DNA from: Candidatus Altiarchaeota archaeon
GTDB lineage: Archaea > Altiarchaeota > Altiarchaeia > IMC4 > QMZM01
DNA length: 64,000 bases
Direction of reading: 5' to 3'
Assembly: GCA_038891095.1 (NCBI GenBank)
Contig: JAWAEV010000001.1
Span: 228,468-292,467 of the forward strand
Both the position numbers and the translations under genes were made by a program. The notes beneath the pieces were generated by a model. That model saw only the letters and a program-made list of their open reading frames with translations, was not told where the DNA came from and made no database searches. Shown piece after piece: positions 30,383-39,069 of the stretch (positions are counted from its first letter, which is position 1; each line of letters begins with the position of its first letter).

Positions 30383-31114
30383 TTAACTCCTTGAATTTTT
30401 CAATATAACTGATGAAATTCTCTCAATTTCCTCTTCTTTTAGATTGTATGGAGTAACAGAAGATAAGATAAAATCACTTAGCTCATAAATTTTTAAAATT
30501 TTAACTGTCGGATTTTTCACTTGGATTTTAGCTCTTTCGTTTGTGAATATAAGTATGCTTTCTATCCATATATGTGGCGCCTCTTTTTTGAAAATTTCTT
30601 CTTTATGTTTTAGTAAAAAATCTTTAAGAACTTTTGCATTTCTTTTCACTTGAGCGCTTGGCGATCCAGCCCAAAGTAGGTATTTTGTGCCACTTTTGCT
30701 TATTTTATACCTTTGCCATTTATCTCCATCACACTTTATTTCTCCGCCATAATGTTTTGCTTCAATAACAAAAATTCCATTTGGACCTAAAACAATATGG
30801 TCAGTGTCTCCCCTATTAGGCGGTATAACAACATTTGAAATTAGCATATAGTTATCAGGCAACTTTTTAAGTTCATTAATAATCAACTCCTCTGAAGATT
30901 CGGAACTTTTCCAAGTTAGATATTTTTGATATGTATAAACTCCAAGGAAATATGAGAGAATTATGAGGATTGTGCCAATTGTCGCATATGGAAAAATATT
31001 TATTATAAGAAGCATAAAACCAAGAAGCAATAATGCTAAAAAAAGGAAAACTCTACTTCTAACTAATTGTATATTTCTCCAGACATAACCTGCATTTTTT
31101 TTAAGAATTTTCAT
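30383..31114 (-). CDS. Membrane-anchored NERD (nuclease-related domain) protein
   Basis: Two N-terminal TMs, then DTDHIVLGPNGIFVIEAKHYGG and SPSAQVKRN. Confidence 0.88.
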   Translation of the reverse strand: MKILKKNAGYVWRNIQLVRSRVFLFLALLLLGFMLLIINIFPYATIGTILIILSYFLGVYTYQKYLTWKSSESSEELIINELKKLPDNYMLISNVVIPPNRGDTDHIVLGPNGIFVIEAKHYGGEIKCDGDKWQRYKISKSGTKYLLWAGSPSAQVKRNAKVLKDFLLKHKEEIFKKEAPHIWIESILIFTNERAKIQVKNPTVKILKIYELSDFILSSVTPYNLKEEEIERISSVILKNSRS

Positions 31115-31141
31115 CTATTTGAGTTTATTAAAATTAGGGAA

Positions 31142-31156
31142 AGAAAGATATTTATA
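31142..31156 (+). promoter_or_regulatory. Candidate BRE+TATA promoter of the pilin array
   Basis: AGAAAGATATTTATA about 30 nt upstream of ATG 31184; a near-identical element (AGAAAGGTATTTATA) lies upstream of pilin 4. Confidence 0.55.
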
Positions 31157-31183
31157 GCTAAAAGAATAAATGAATTTAAAGAA

Positions 31184-31657
31184 ATGAAAATTTTAAATAA
31201 AAAATCACAAGCAGCGGTTGAGTATTTACAAACTTATGGATGGGTCATGATAATAATTGCAATTATTGGTGTTGCACTTTGGTATTTAGGAGTTTTCTCG
31301 AATAGACAAGAGGTGAATATTGCAACAGGATTTAGCAAGATTAAAGTTCCTGAAGCAACAATTCAGTACAGAGCTAATATTGCAGGAAATGCATTAAATT
31401 TTACTATTGTAAATGGTGTTGGTGATTTCATTAGAATTTCTTCGATGATAGCAAAGGGGGATTGCAACGGAGCTATAAGCTATGGTATTGAAGGTTTAGA
31501 AGCAGGCGAAGCAAGAAATGTTGGTGCACAAAATTGCAATAGCCTTTACAGAGGTGAAAATTTTGAAGTTGCAGTTAATATAACATACTCAACAAAACTT
31601 GGCTCACAAAGGATAACTCGCACAGAGTATGGAATTATAAGAGGTGTTGCTGAATAA
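31184..31657 (+). CDS. Type IV pilin 1 (class III signal peptide)
   Basis: KKS|QAAVEYLQTYGW followed by a hydrophobic helix; C-terminal GIIRGVAE. Start reassigned to ATG 31184. Confidence 0.85.
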   Translation: MKILNKKSQAAVEYLQTYGWVMIIIAIIGVALWYLGVFSNRQEVNIATGFSKIKVPEATIQYRANIAGNALNFTIVNGVGDFIRISSMIAKGDCNGAISYGIEGLEAGEARNVGAQNCNSLYRGENFEVAVNITYSTKLGSQRITRTEYGIIRGVAE

Positions 31658-31664
31658 AAATAAA

Positions 31665-32246
31665 ATGATTTTGCTAAGAAATAAAAAATCTCAAGCAGCA
31701 GTTGAATACTTGCAAACATATGGTTGGGCAATTTTAGTAGTGCTTTTAATTGCAATTGCAATTTGGCAAATGGGAATTCTAACAAGATCTAAAGTGAATA
31801 CTGCTTCAGGATTTACAGTAATACAAGTTATTCCGCAAAGTATAAAATACACTGCAAGCGGAAACAGATATAACAATTTCACTTTCACAATAATGAATGC
31901 GGGCAACATGAGAGTTAAGAATATTTACACAATGAATGTAAGTGGCGATTGTTCTAAAATTTTCCTTGATTATACTTTCTATCCTTATCCCAATGAAGAT
32001 ACCTGTAATAAAAATAGAGGAGGCGTGTGGATTCCGTGCGGAACCCCCCCATGTGACTGCCGTGTGCAGGTACCTGTCCATCTAGACCCTGGTAGTATAT
32101 GGTTAACACCAAGGTACACAAATTGTGAACCCTTAGTTAAGGGAGAGCAATTTGAAGTTTATATTACTTTTGAATATCAGGAAAGAGCAGGTAAGGACTG
32201 GATAACAAAAAAAGATTCTGGAGTTATAAGAGGTTATGCAGAATGA
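31665..32246 (+). CDS. Type IV pilin 2 with a Cys-rich insertion
   Basis: KKS|QAAVEYLQTYGWAIL; insert TCNKNRGGVWIPCGTPPCDCRV; C-terminal GVIRGYAE. Confidence 0.85.
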   Translation: MILLRNKKSQAAVEYLQTYGWAILVVLLIAIAIWQMGILTRSKVNTASGFTVIQVIPQSIKYTASGNRYNNFTFTIMNAGNMRVKNIYTMNVSGDCSKIFLDYTFYPYPNEDTCNKNRGGVWIPCGTPPCDCRVQVPVHLDPGSIWLTPRYTNCEPLVKGEQFEVYITFEYQERAGKDWITKKDSGVIRGYAE

Positions 32247-32761
32247 AAACAAAAAAAAGCCAGGCAGCAGTTGAATATCTTCAAAACTATGGTTTTGCAA
32301 TTTTAATAGTTCTAATTATGGGTGTTGCTCTGTGGCATATGGGAGTATTTAATGTTGCACCAAAAACAAATATTGCAAGAGGATTTAACACTATAAAGGT
32401 TCTTGAGCCAAGTATTAAATATATAAAAAAGACAGGTACTGCAAGCGAGAGAGTTACTAATAATCTCAACTTCGTTATCGTAAATACTGGTAGCGTTTAT
32501 GTTCACGACCTTTCTCTTACTGTTGGTGGTGACTGCAATTTTAGTTACTCAAGTGGGGACGAAATTTTATGCTCTGGAACATATTTTAAAAAAACAATAC
32601 TTGGACCCTCAGAGACTACAGATATAGCGAATATATGCTGCAAGGAATACGCGCCAGGTGATCCATTCTGGGTTTTAGTAAATATTACATACTATGAACG
32701 AGTGGGGGAACAAAAAATACAGAAAAAAGAAAGTGGCGTACTTCAAGGTTTTGTTGAATAG
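32243..32761 (+). CDS. Type IV pilin 3
   Basis: KKS|QAAVEYLQNYGFAIL; C-terminal GVLQGFVE. Confidence 0.85.
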   Translation: MKTKKSQAAVEYLQNYGFAILIVLIMGVALWHMGVFNVAPKTNIARGFNTIKVLEPSIKYIKKTGTASERVTNNLNFVIVNTGSVYVHDLSLTVGGDCNFSYSSGDEILCSGTYFKKTILGPSETTDIANICCKEYAPGDPFWVLVNITYYERVGEQKIQKKESGVLQGFVE

Positions 32762-32776
32762 CTAAAAAACAAAAAA

Positions 32777-32832
32777 AGAAAGGTATTTATACTCAAAATT
32801 GTAATTTTATATTACAAAAATAAAAGAGGTGA
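32777..32832 (+). promoter_or_regulatory. Candidate BRE+TATA and strong Shine-Dalgarno for pilin 4
   Basis: AGAAAGGTATTTATA at about 32777-32791 and GAGGTGA at 32826-32832, before ATG 32842. Confidence 0.6.
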
Positions 32833-32841
32833 GAAACAAAA

Positions 32842-33315
32842 ATGGAAATAAAGAAAAAGAAGGGTCAGGGTGCTATGGAGTACCTGATGACCTATGGATG
32901 GGCAATTCTGGTTGTGATGATTGTCGGAGTTGTCCTTTGGCAATTGGGAATTTTTGGGCCAAGCAGCACGGTTAACACATGTAGAGGTTTCTCAAAGGTG
33001 AAGGTGTTTGATAATAGCATTAGGTTTGCACCAGCTATAGAAACAGATAATTTTAAATTTACTATTATGAATGGCGCTGGGCAGACAATTACTGGCACAA
33101 ATATTTCAATTGGTGGGTGTGACTGTATTACCTGTACTGACTTACAAATAGGTGCTGGTGATACTTATGCTGTTACTGCAAGTTGTTCTCCAGCAAAAGC
33201 TCCAGGTGAAAGTTTTTCTATACCAATAAATATCACATATGTTGAAACTGTTGTTGGGACTCCGGTAGTAAGAGTAGAAACAGGCACATGCAGAGGATCT
33301 GCCGAAAAGGCATAA
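32842..33315 (+). CDS. Type IV pilin 4, probable major pilin
   Basis: KKG|QGAMEYLMTYGWAIL; has its own promoter, strong SD and T-rich terminator. Confidence 0.88.
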   Translation: MEIKKKKGQGAMEYLMTYGWAILVVMIVGVVLWQLGIFGPSSTVNTCRGFSKVKVFDNSIRFAPAIETDNFKFTIMNGAGQTITGTNISIGGCDCITCTDLQIGAGDTYAVTASCSPAKAPGESFSIPINITYVETVVGTPVVRVETGTCRGSAEKA

Positions 33316-33318
33316 ACC

Positions 33319-33352
33319 TATTTTCTTTTTTTTCTTTTTCTTTTTTCTTCTT
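33319..33352 (+). terminator. Oligo-T archaeal terminator after pilin 4
   Basis: Long pyrimidine/T tract (TATTTTCTTTTTTTTCTTTTTCTTTTTTCTTCTT) right after the stop codon. Confidence 0.65.
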
Positions 33353-33422
33353 GCTAAATTACTTAATTTTTAATCCTTAATTTCTAAATTAGATATTGCA
33401 TTCATTTTGCTCTAAACTTAAA

Positions 33423-34052
33423 ATGTATAAAATTTTAACTGTAACTGAGACTGTAAGAGTTCCGCCAAAGAGATTTAATGAAGAGCTAAAAGAAGTTATA
33501 AAATCTGAATTTGCAAATGCCTATAATGGTAAAGTTGTTAAGAATGTTGGTATAATTCTTGATGTTTTAAATGTTAATGAAATAAGTGATGGTAAGATAA
33601 TAATGGGTGATGGTGCAATTTATTATGATGCAGAACTTGAAATTTTGGTTTTTCAGCCAGTTTTAAATGAAGTCATTGAAGGTACTGTAACAGAATTGGC
33701 AGAATTTGGAGCATTTGTAAATTTTGGTCCCTTAGATGGTTTAATTCATCTCTCACAGATTACTGAGGATTTTATGAGTTATGATAAAAGAGCTTCAGTT
33801 ATTCTTGGCAAGGAAACAAAGAAGGTTTTAAGAGTTGAAGATCAGGTAAGAGCAAGGATTGTTGCAATTTCATTGAAAAATACAGTTAGTGATTCAAAGA
33901 TTGGCCTAACAATGAGACAGCCATATCTAGGAAAATTTGAATGGCTTGAAGAAGAAAGAAAAAGGTTGGAGAAGAAAAAGGTTGGAGAAGAAAAAAAGAA
34001 AACAACTGAAGAGAAAGAAAAAAAGAAAAAAACAGAAAAGAAGGAAAAATGA
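33423..34052 (+). CDS. rpoE1: DNA-directed RNA polymerase subunit E' (Rpo7)
   Basis: VRVPP, GDGAIY, FGAFVNFGPLDGLIHLSQI, KIGLTMRQPYLGK.EW. Start reassigned to ATG 33423. Confidence 0.97.
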   Translation: MYKILTVTETVRVPPKRFNEELKEVIKSEFANAYNGKVVKNVGIILDVLNVNEISDGKIIMGDGAIYYDAELEILVFQPVLNEVIEGTVTELAEFGAFVNFGPLDGLIHLSQITEDFMSYDKRASVILGKETKKVLRVEDQVRARIVAISLKNTVSDSKIGLTMRQPYLGKFEWLEEERKRLEKKKVGEEKKKTTEEKEKKKKTEKKEK

Positions 34053-34228
34053 GAAAGGCATGTAGAAAATGCAAACAAATTTTTGATGCAGACATCTGCC
34101 CAAATTGTAAAGAGCCAACAACGCAATATTGGTCTGGCTATTTAGCAGTTATTAACCCAGAAAAATCAGAAATTGCAAAAAGAATGAACATAAAAATTCC
34201 TGGGGAGTATGTGCTAAAAATAAGGTGA
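34049..34228 (+). CDS. spt4: Transcription elongation factor Spt4 (RpoE'')
   Basis: Not in the ORF track (59 aa): MRKACRKCKQIFDADICPNCKEPTTQYWSGYLAVINPEKSEIAKRMNIKIPGEYVLKIR; canonical position after rpoE1. Confidence 0.95.
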   Translation: MRKACRKCKQIFDADICPNCKEPTTQYWSGYLAVINPEKSEIAKRMNIKIPGEYVLKIR

Positions 34229-34713
34229 AACTGAAGATCTCAGAAAAAACAAGGAAAAAGCTAAAAAGATTTTCAGTTCCGATAGTTAAAAATTTAAGAA
34301 ATTTAAATCTCAAGGATAAGTTAATTATTTGCATTGGTGATGAAACCTCAAGAGAGATATTGAAACTTGGCATAAAGCCAAAAATTTGTGTTTACGATTG
34401 CAAAATAATGCGAAAAGAAATTCCAATTCCAGATGAAATAAAAAATTTTAATGCAAAAGAGATAGAAGTTAGAAATCCAGCAGGTGAGATAACTGAAGAA
34501 CTTTACAATGCGATAAAAAAGAGTTTACAGAGCAATTTAAATGTAAAAATTCATGTTATTGGGGAGGAAGATCTTTCAGCATTGGCTGCGATAAATTTAG
34601 CACCATTAAACTCTTTAGTGCTTTACGGTCAACCAAAAAAAGGTGTTGCAGTAGTTGAGGTTAATGAAAAAATAAAAAAGAGGGTTAATAAAATTTTAGA
34701 AGATAAAAACTAA
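34225..34713 (+). CDS. GTP-dependent dephospho-CoA kinase (DUF359)
   Basis: IGDETS, VYDCKIMR, NPAGEIT, GEEDL, LYGQP..GV; conserved position in the operon. Confidence 0.92.
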   Translation: MKLKISEKTRKKLKRFSVPIVKNLRNLNLKDKLIICIGDETSREILKLGIKPKICVYDCKIMRKEIPIPDEIKNFNAKEIEVRNPAGEITEELYNAIKKSLQSNLNVKIHVIGEEDLSALAAINLAPLNSLVLYGQPKKGVAVVEVNEKIKKRVNKILEDKN

Positions 34714-34732
34714 AGGACTTAGAGTTGATAAG

Positions 34733-35059
34733 ATGGAAATCAAAATTTTAAATGAGAGAGAAAATCCCTTGTTGAATAGAAAAGAAGTTAAACTTAGGGT
34801 CTATTTTGATAAGGTTATTCCAAAATTTAAAGAAGTAAGAAAAGAGGTAATTTCTTATTTAAAAATAGATGAAAATTTAACTGTTATGAACTCTATAAAG
34901 ACTGAATTTGGAGCTAAATATGCTGATTGCTATGTAAAAATTTACAAAGATTCTGAAAGCATGAAAGTTGAACCAAAATTCAGAATAAAGAAAAACTTTG
35001 AAGAAAAGAAAGCTGAAAATAAAAAAGAAGAAGAAGTAAAAGAAAAAAAACCTGAGTGA
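34733..35059 (+). CDS. rps24e: 30S ribosomal protein S24e
   Basis: [20 protein letters not shown]; operon context. Confidence 0.93.
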   Translation: MEIKILNERENPLLNRKEVKLRVYFDKVIPKFKEVRKEVISYLKIDENLTVMNSIKTEFGAKYADCYVKIYKDSESMKVEPKFRIKKNFEEKKAENKKEEEVKEKKPE

Positions 35060-35061
35060 AA

Positions 35062-35256
35062 ATGGCGGAAAAAGGAGAAACAGAAAAGAAAAAGAGGAAT
35101 CCTACAAAAAAATGGAAAAAATATGAAATCTCTGGGGATAAAATTAAAAGGAAGGATAAATTCTGCCCAAAGTGTGGAGTTGGTGTTTTTTTAGCAAGAC
35201 ATAAAGACAGAATTTCTTGTGGTAAATGCGGTTATACTGAATTTACTAAGAAATAA
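35062..35256 (+). CDS. rps27ae: 30S ribosomal protein S27ae
   Basis: [29 protein letters not shown]. Confidence 0.97.
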   Translation: MAEKGETEKKKRNPTKKWKKYEISGDKIKRKDKFCPKCGVGVFLARHKDRISCGKCGYTEFTKK

Positions 35257-35813
35257 TGGCAAAAGTTGTTGTAGGAATTGACCTGGCAGGAAATCCAAAG
35301 AATGATACTGGGTTTTGCGTGCTTACTGCTACTGAAACTCTAAAGGATGTTTCAACTGAAATTTTGCACTCAGACCAAGAGATAATTGAAAAGGTTGAAA
35401 TTGTTAAACCTGAAGTAATTGCAATAGATGCTCCCCTAACATATTTTGGAGAAAATAGAAAGTGTGATGAACTTCTCAAGGAATATGGCACATTGCCAGT
35501 AACACTTCGTGGTATGGAAGTTTTAGCAATTCGTGGTAGAGAATTAAGGAAAAAACTTGAAAGTAGAAACTTTAATGTAATTGAAATTTTTGCAACAGCA
35601 TCTGCAAAAATTCTTGGCTTATATGCAGAAACTGAAAAAGAAATGCAAAAAAATTTGCTTAACTCGAATATAAAGGGCGCTATAGAGAGAAAATTTTTGA
35701 ATAAGGATGAATTAGATGCAATATTTGCTGCAATTACAGCTTATATGTATACTGAGAATTTAGTTGATTTCGTTGGTGATGAAAAAGGAAGGATAGCAAT
35801 TCCAAAAGTTTAG
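35256..35813 (+). CDS. DUF429 family predicted nuclease (RNase H-like fold)
   Basis: VGIDLAG...TG, IAIDAPL, R.CD..L, IEIF, DELDA..AA. Confidence 0.85.
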   Translation: MAKVVVGIDLAGNPKNDTGFCVLTATETLKDVSTEILHSDQEIIEKVEIVKPEVIAIDAPLTYFGENRKCDELLKEYGTLPVTLRGMEVLAIRGRELRKKLESRNFNVIEIFATASAKILGLYAETEKEMQKNLLNSNIKGAIERKFLNKDELDAIFAAITAYMYTENLVDFVGDEKGRIAIPKV

Positions 35814-35856
35814 TAAAATATTTATGTTATAAAACATAAAATATTAAAGTGTAAAA

Positions 35857-37236
35857 TTGAAAGATTATGATGTTGTTATTATCGGCTCAGGACCAGCAGG
35901 TATGTTCTCTGCATATGAACTTGTGAATAAGAAAGAAAATTTAAAAATTTTGATTATTGATAAAGGCAAGTCAATAGATGAAAGAAATTGCCCAATGGTT
36001 AAAACAGGGAAATGTGTAAATTGTGAGCCATGTAACATAATGTGCGGAGTTGGTGGCTCAGGAACTTTTTCAGACGGAACTCTAAATTTAAGACCTGATA
36101 TTGGTGGTGATCTAACATCTATAACAAAAAATGAGAGATACTCTTGGCAACTAGTTGAAGAAGTTGACAAAGTATTTCTAAAATTTGGCGCTCCTGAGAA
36201 AATTTATGGAAATAGCAAAAAAGTTGATGAACTTAAAAGGAAGGCGGCATCAGTTGGCGTTAAATTTGTCGATATAAAACAAAGGCATATTGGCTCAGAT
36301 AATGCTCCAAAAGTTATAAAGAAATTTTATGAATACCTGAAAAAAAAGAAAGTTGAATTTTTGCTGAATACAAATGTTAAGGAGCTGATTGTGAAGGATA
36401 ACAAATGCCTTGGTGTTATTACTGAAAAGGAGGAAATTAAAGCAAAAGTAACACTTCTTGCTCCCGGAAGAGTTGGCGCATCATGGGTTGATTCAATTGT
36501 TAGAAAATATAAGCTAAGAGCAGGATTCTTACCAATTGATGTTGGCGTTAGAGTTGAAGTTCCATCAATAATTATGGATCCTATAATAGAAATTAACAGA
36601 GATCCAAAGTTTCATATTCGTAGCAAGAGATATGACGATTTTGTTAGAACCTTTTGCACAAATCACAGAGGTTTTGTTGTTAAAGAAAATTATAATGGAA
36701 TGATTGGTGTTAATGGTCATTCTATGATAAACGAATTTTCTGAAAATACAAATTTTGCTTTTTTAGTTAAAGTTGCTTTAACAAAACCAGTGGAGAATAC
36801 AATAGAATATGGAAAATCAATTGCAAAATTAGCAACAACAATTGGTGGAGGCAAACCAATATTACAAAGAATTGGCGATCTTAGGAGAGGAAGAAGATCT
36901 CATCTAGAATCAATACAAAAAAATCCATTGCAACCAACATTGCAAGAATTTACTCCTGGAGATATTTCAATGGCATTGCCTCATAGAATAGTTATGGACA
37001 TTATCGAAGGTTTAGAAAAACTAAATGATGTTATCCCAGGAGTGAATGAAGATTCAACTTTACTATATGCACCAGAAATTAAATTTTATGCCACTAGCCT
37101 TGAGATTGATGAAAATTTAGAAACCTCAGTAAAAGGACTTTTCGCAGCAGGAGATGGTGTTGGTTTATCAAGAGATCTTGTTAATGCATCAGCAACTGGA
37201 ATTTTAGCAGCAAGGGGAATTTTGAATTTTATATGA
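35857..37236 (+). CDS. FAD-dependent oxidoreductase (COG2509 type)
   Basis: [56 protein letters not shown]. Confidence 0.9.
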   Translation: MKDYDVVIIGSGPAGMFSAYELVNKKENLKILIIDKGKSIDERNCPMVKTGKCVNCEPCNIMCGVGGSGTFSDGTLNLRPDIGGDLTSITKNERYSWQLVEEVDKVFLKFGAPEKIYGNSKKVDELKRKAASVGVKFVDIKQRHIGSDNAPKVIKKFYEYLKKKKVEFLLNTNVKELIVKDNKCLGVITEKEEIKAKVTLLAPGRVGASWVDSIVRKYKLRAGFLPIDVGVRVEVPSIIMDPIIEINRDPKFHIRSKRYDDFVRTFCTNHRGFVVKENYNGMIGVNGHSMINEFSENTNFAFLVKVALTKPVENTIEYGKSIAKLATTIGGGKPILQRIGDLRRGRRSHLESIQKNPLQPTLQEFTPGDISMALPHRIVMDIIEGLEKLNDVIPGVNEDSTLLYAPEIKFYATSLEIDENLETSVKGLFAAGDGVGLSRDLVNASATGILAARGILNFI

Positions 37237-37745
37237 AAATCTCTGTGCTTAGATTAGGGCATAGATTTCATAGAGACAAAAGAACAACAACTCATCTGGC
37301 TTTAGTTGCAAGAGCTTTCTGTGCCGATGAATTAATTTTAGATTCTGAGGATAATGAAATTGAAAAAAGTGTTAAAAAAGTGATCACTACCTGGGGAGGA
37401 AATTTTAAAATCAAAGTAGAAAAAAACTGGCGAAAATTTATTGAGAATTTTTCTGGTGAAAAAATTCATTTGACAATGTACGGCATTCCAATTGATGAAA
37501 AAATTTCAGAAATACGAAACTCAAAAAAAGACAAACTTGTTATTGTTGGTGGCAAAAAGGTTCCTTCAGAGGTTTATCATCTTTCTGATTATAATGTTGC
37601 AATAACACAACAACCACATTCTGAGATTGCCGCATTAGCAATTTTTCTTCATGAATTTTTTAAAGGAAAAGAGCTAAGAAAAGAATTTAAAGGAAAAAAG
37701 AGGATAATTCCTCAGGAAAGAGGAAAGAAAGTTATAAATACTTAA
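37233..37745 (+). CDS. trm56: tRNA (cytidine-56-2'-O)-methyltransferase
   Basis: [47 protein letters not shown]. Confidence 0.96.
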   Translation: MKISVLRLGHRFHRDKRTTTHLALVARAFCADELILDSEDNEIEKSVKKVITTWGGNFKIKVEKNWRKFIENFSGEKIHLTMYGIPIDEKISEIRNSKKDKLVIVGGKKVPSEVYHLSDYNVAITQQPHSEIAALAIFLHEFFKGKELRKEFKGKKRIIPQERGKKVINT

Positions 37746-37764
37746 TACCTAATAAATAAGGAAA

Positions 37765-38034
37765 ATGGCTGAAAGAAGTGAGGCAATTTTAAGGTTATTT
37801 ATATGGATATGCTGCTCTATAATTGCAGCATTTTGGGAAGTAATAGCATGGGCTGTTTCAGTAGTGCATTTAATATATGTGCTAATATTTGGCAGAAGGC
37901 ATAAAGGAATGGCAGAATTTGCAAACAATTTTATTAGCTATATGTATTCAGTTTACAGATACCTATATTTCACAACAAATGAAAGACCTTGGCCTTTTGG
38001 AAAAATTAAAAAAGTTGAAAAAGTTGAAATTTAG
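37765..38034 (+). CDS. DUF4389-like small membrane protein
   Basis: ER.EAILR, IFGRR..GMAEF, Y..F.TNERP.PF. Confidence 0.75.
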   Translation: MAERSEAILRLFIWICCSIIAAFWEVIAWAVSVVHLIYVLIFGRRHKGMAEFANNFISYMYSVYRYLYFTTNERPWPFGKIKKVEKVEI

Positions 38035-38682
38035 CTACCAGCCTTCTTTACCTATTAAAGGCACGAAAATACAACCACCAAGATTACTCTCTTTTATTTT
38101 TCCTTCAGAATTTTTTTCAATTAGAATTAAATCTTGATATCCTCTATTTCCAACAGGAATAAGCAACTTTCCATCCTCTTTTAATTGTTCAATTAAGGGT
38201 TTAGGTATTTTTGGAGCAGCGGCAGTTACAATAATTCTATCATATGGCTTTTCTTTTTCATATCCAAGAGTTCCATCACCAATAATAACTGAAACATTCT
38301 CATAGCCACATTTTTTTAAATTTTCTTCTGCAAATTTTGCAATTTCAGCTATTCTCTCAACAGTAAAAATTTTTCCACTTTTTGCAATTTCAGCAAGTAT
38401 CGCTGCTTGATATCCTGAGCCTGAACCAACTTCCAAAATTTTATGATTTTTCTTTACATCCAAGGCTTCTGTCATTATAGCAACCATGTGCGGAGCTGAA
38501 ATTGTTTGTCCATAGCCTATTTCAAGAGGCCTATCATCATAAGCATATCTTCTCTGCCACTCAGGAACAAATTCTTCTCTTGGAACTTTTTTCATTGCTA
38601 TCAAAACTTTTCTACTTTTGATATAACCATGCTCAAAAAGTCTTTTGATTAATTCTTCTCTTTCTTTTTTTCTGTTCATCAT
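38035..38682 (-). CDS. pcm: Protein-L-isoaspartate O-methyltransferase
   Basis: VPREEF, AYDDRPL.IGYGQTISAPHMVA, LEVGSGSGYQAA, GDGTLG, YDRIIVTAA, FVPLIG. Confidence 0.97.
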   Translation of the reverse strand: MMNRKKEREELIKRLFEHGYIKSRKVLIAMKKVPREEFVPEWQRRYAYDDRPLEIGYGQTISAPHMVAIMTEALDVKKNHKILEVGSGSGYQAAILAEIAKSGKIFTVERIAEIAKFAEENLKKCGYENVSVIIGDGTLGYEKEKPYDRIIVTAAAPKIPKPLIEQLKEDGKLLIPVGNRGYQDLILIEKNSEGKIKESNLGGCIFVPLIGKEGW

Positions 38683-38706
38683 TAATAATTAACAATAAAA
38701 TCAAAA

Positions 38707-39069
38707 ATGCAAAAAAAAGTAAAATTCTTGGCAGATTTAAAAGAGAATGAAAAAGCAGTTGTAGAAGTTTTTATTCCACAAATTTATGGGACAATGGAAT
38801 ACTATTGTAAAAACTGCAAAAAATTTTCTGGAAAAATCTGCGATTGTGGAAAATTCCCTGAGCCAATTTTCAGGATTTCTGGAATTTTAACAGACGGTAC
38901 AAAAACTTTACAGTTTAGAACTTTGTCAATAGAAGCATCAGAAAGACTTTCTGGAGTTAAAAAAGATTTTGCTAAGGATATTGACATTAAAGCTATCATG
39001 AAAAAGCCGCATGTTATTTTTGGCTATTTAAATAAGGGGAAATTTTTGATTGAGAAAGTTTTAGAATGA
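38707..39069 (+). CDS. Small zinc-ribbon OB-fold protein (RPA large-subunit C-terminal-domain-like)
   Basis: YYCKNCKK...CDCG..P...FRISGILTDGT matches the RPA zinc-finger OB pattern. Confidence 0.6.
   Translation: MQKKVKFLADLKENEKAVVEVFIPQIYGTMEYYCKNCKKFSGKICDCGKFPEPIFRISGILTDGTKTLQFRTLSIEASERLSGVKKDFAKDIDIKAIMKKPHVIFGYLNKGKFLIEKVLE

Noticed and set aside
31090-31210. Similar starts of the divergent NERD and pilin 1 genes (ATGAAAATT...) suggesting an invertible element
   Set aside because: The match is short, A/T-only and explained by common MKIL starts; no recombinase nearby.
31184-33315. Pilin array as silent cassettes or a DGR target
   Set aside because: All four genes are intact with their own signal peptides, conserved parts differ at synonymous sites, and there is no reverse transcriptase or adenine-specific template/variable repeat pair.
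33940-34050. Purine-rich quasi-repeat (GAAGAAAAA...)
   Set aside because: It encodes the Lys/Glu-rich tail of Rpo7; not a tandem repeat or CRISPR.
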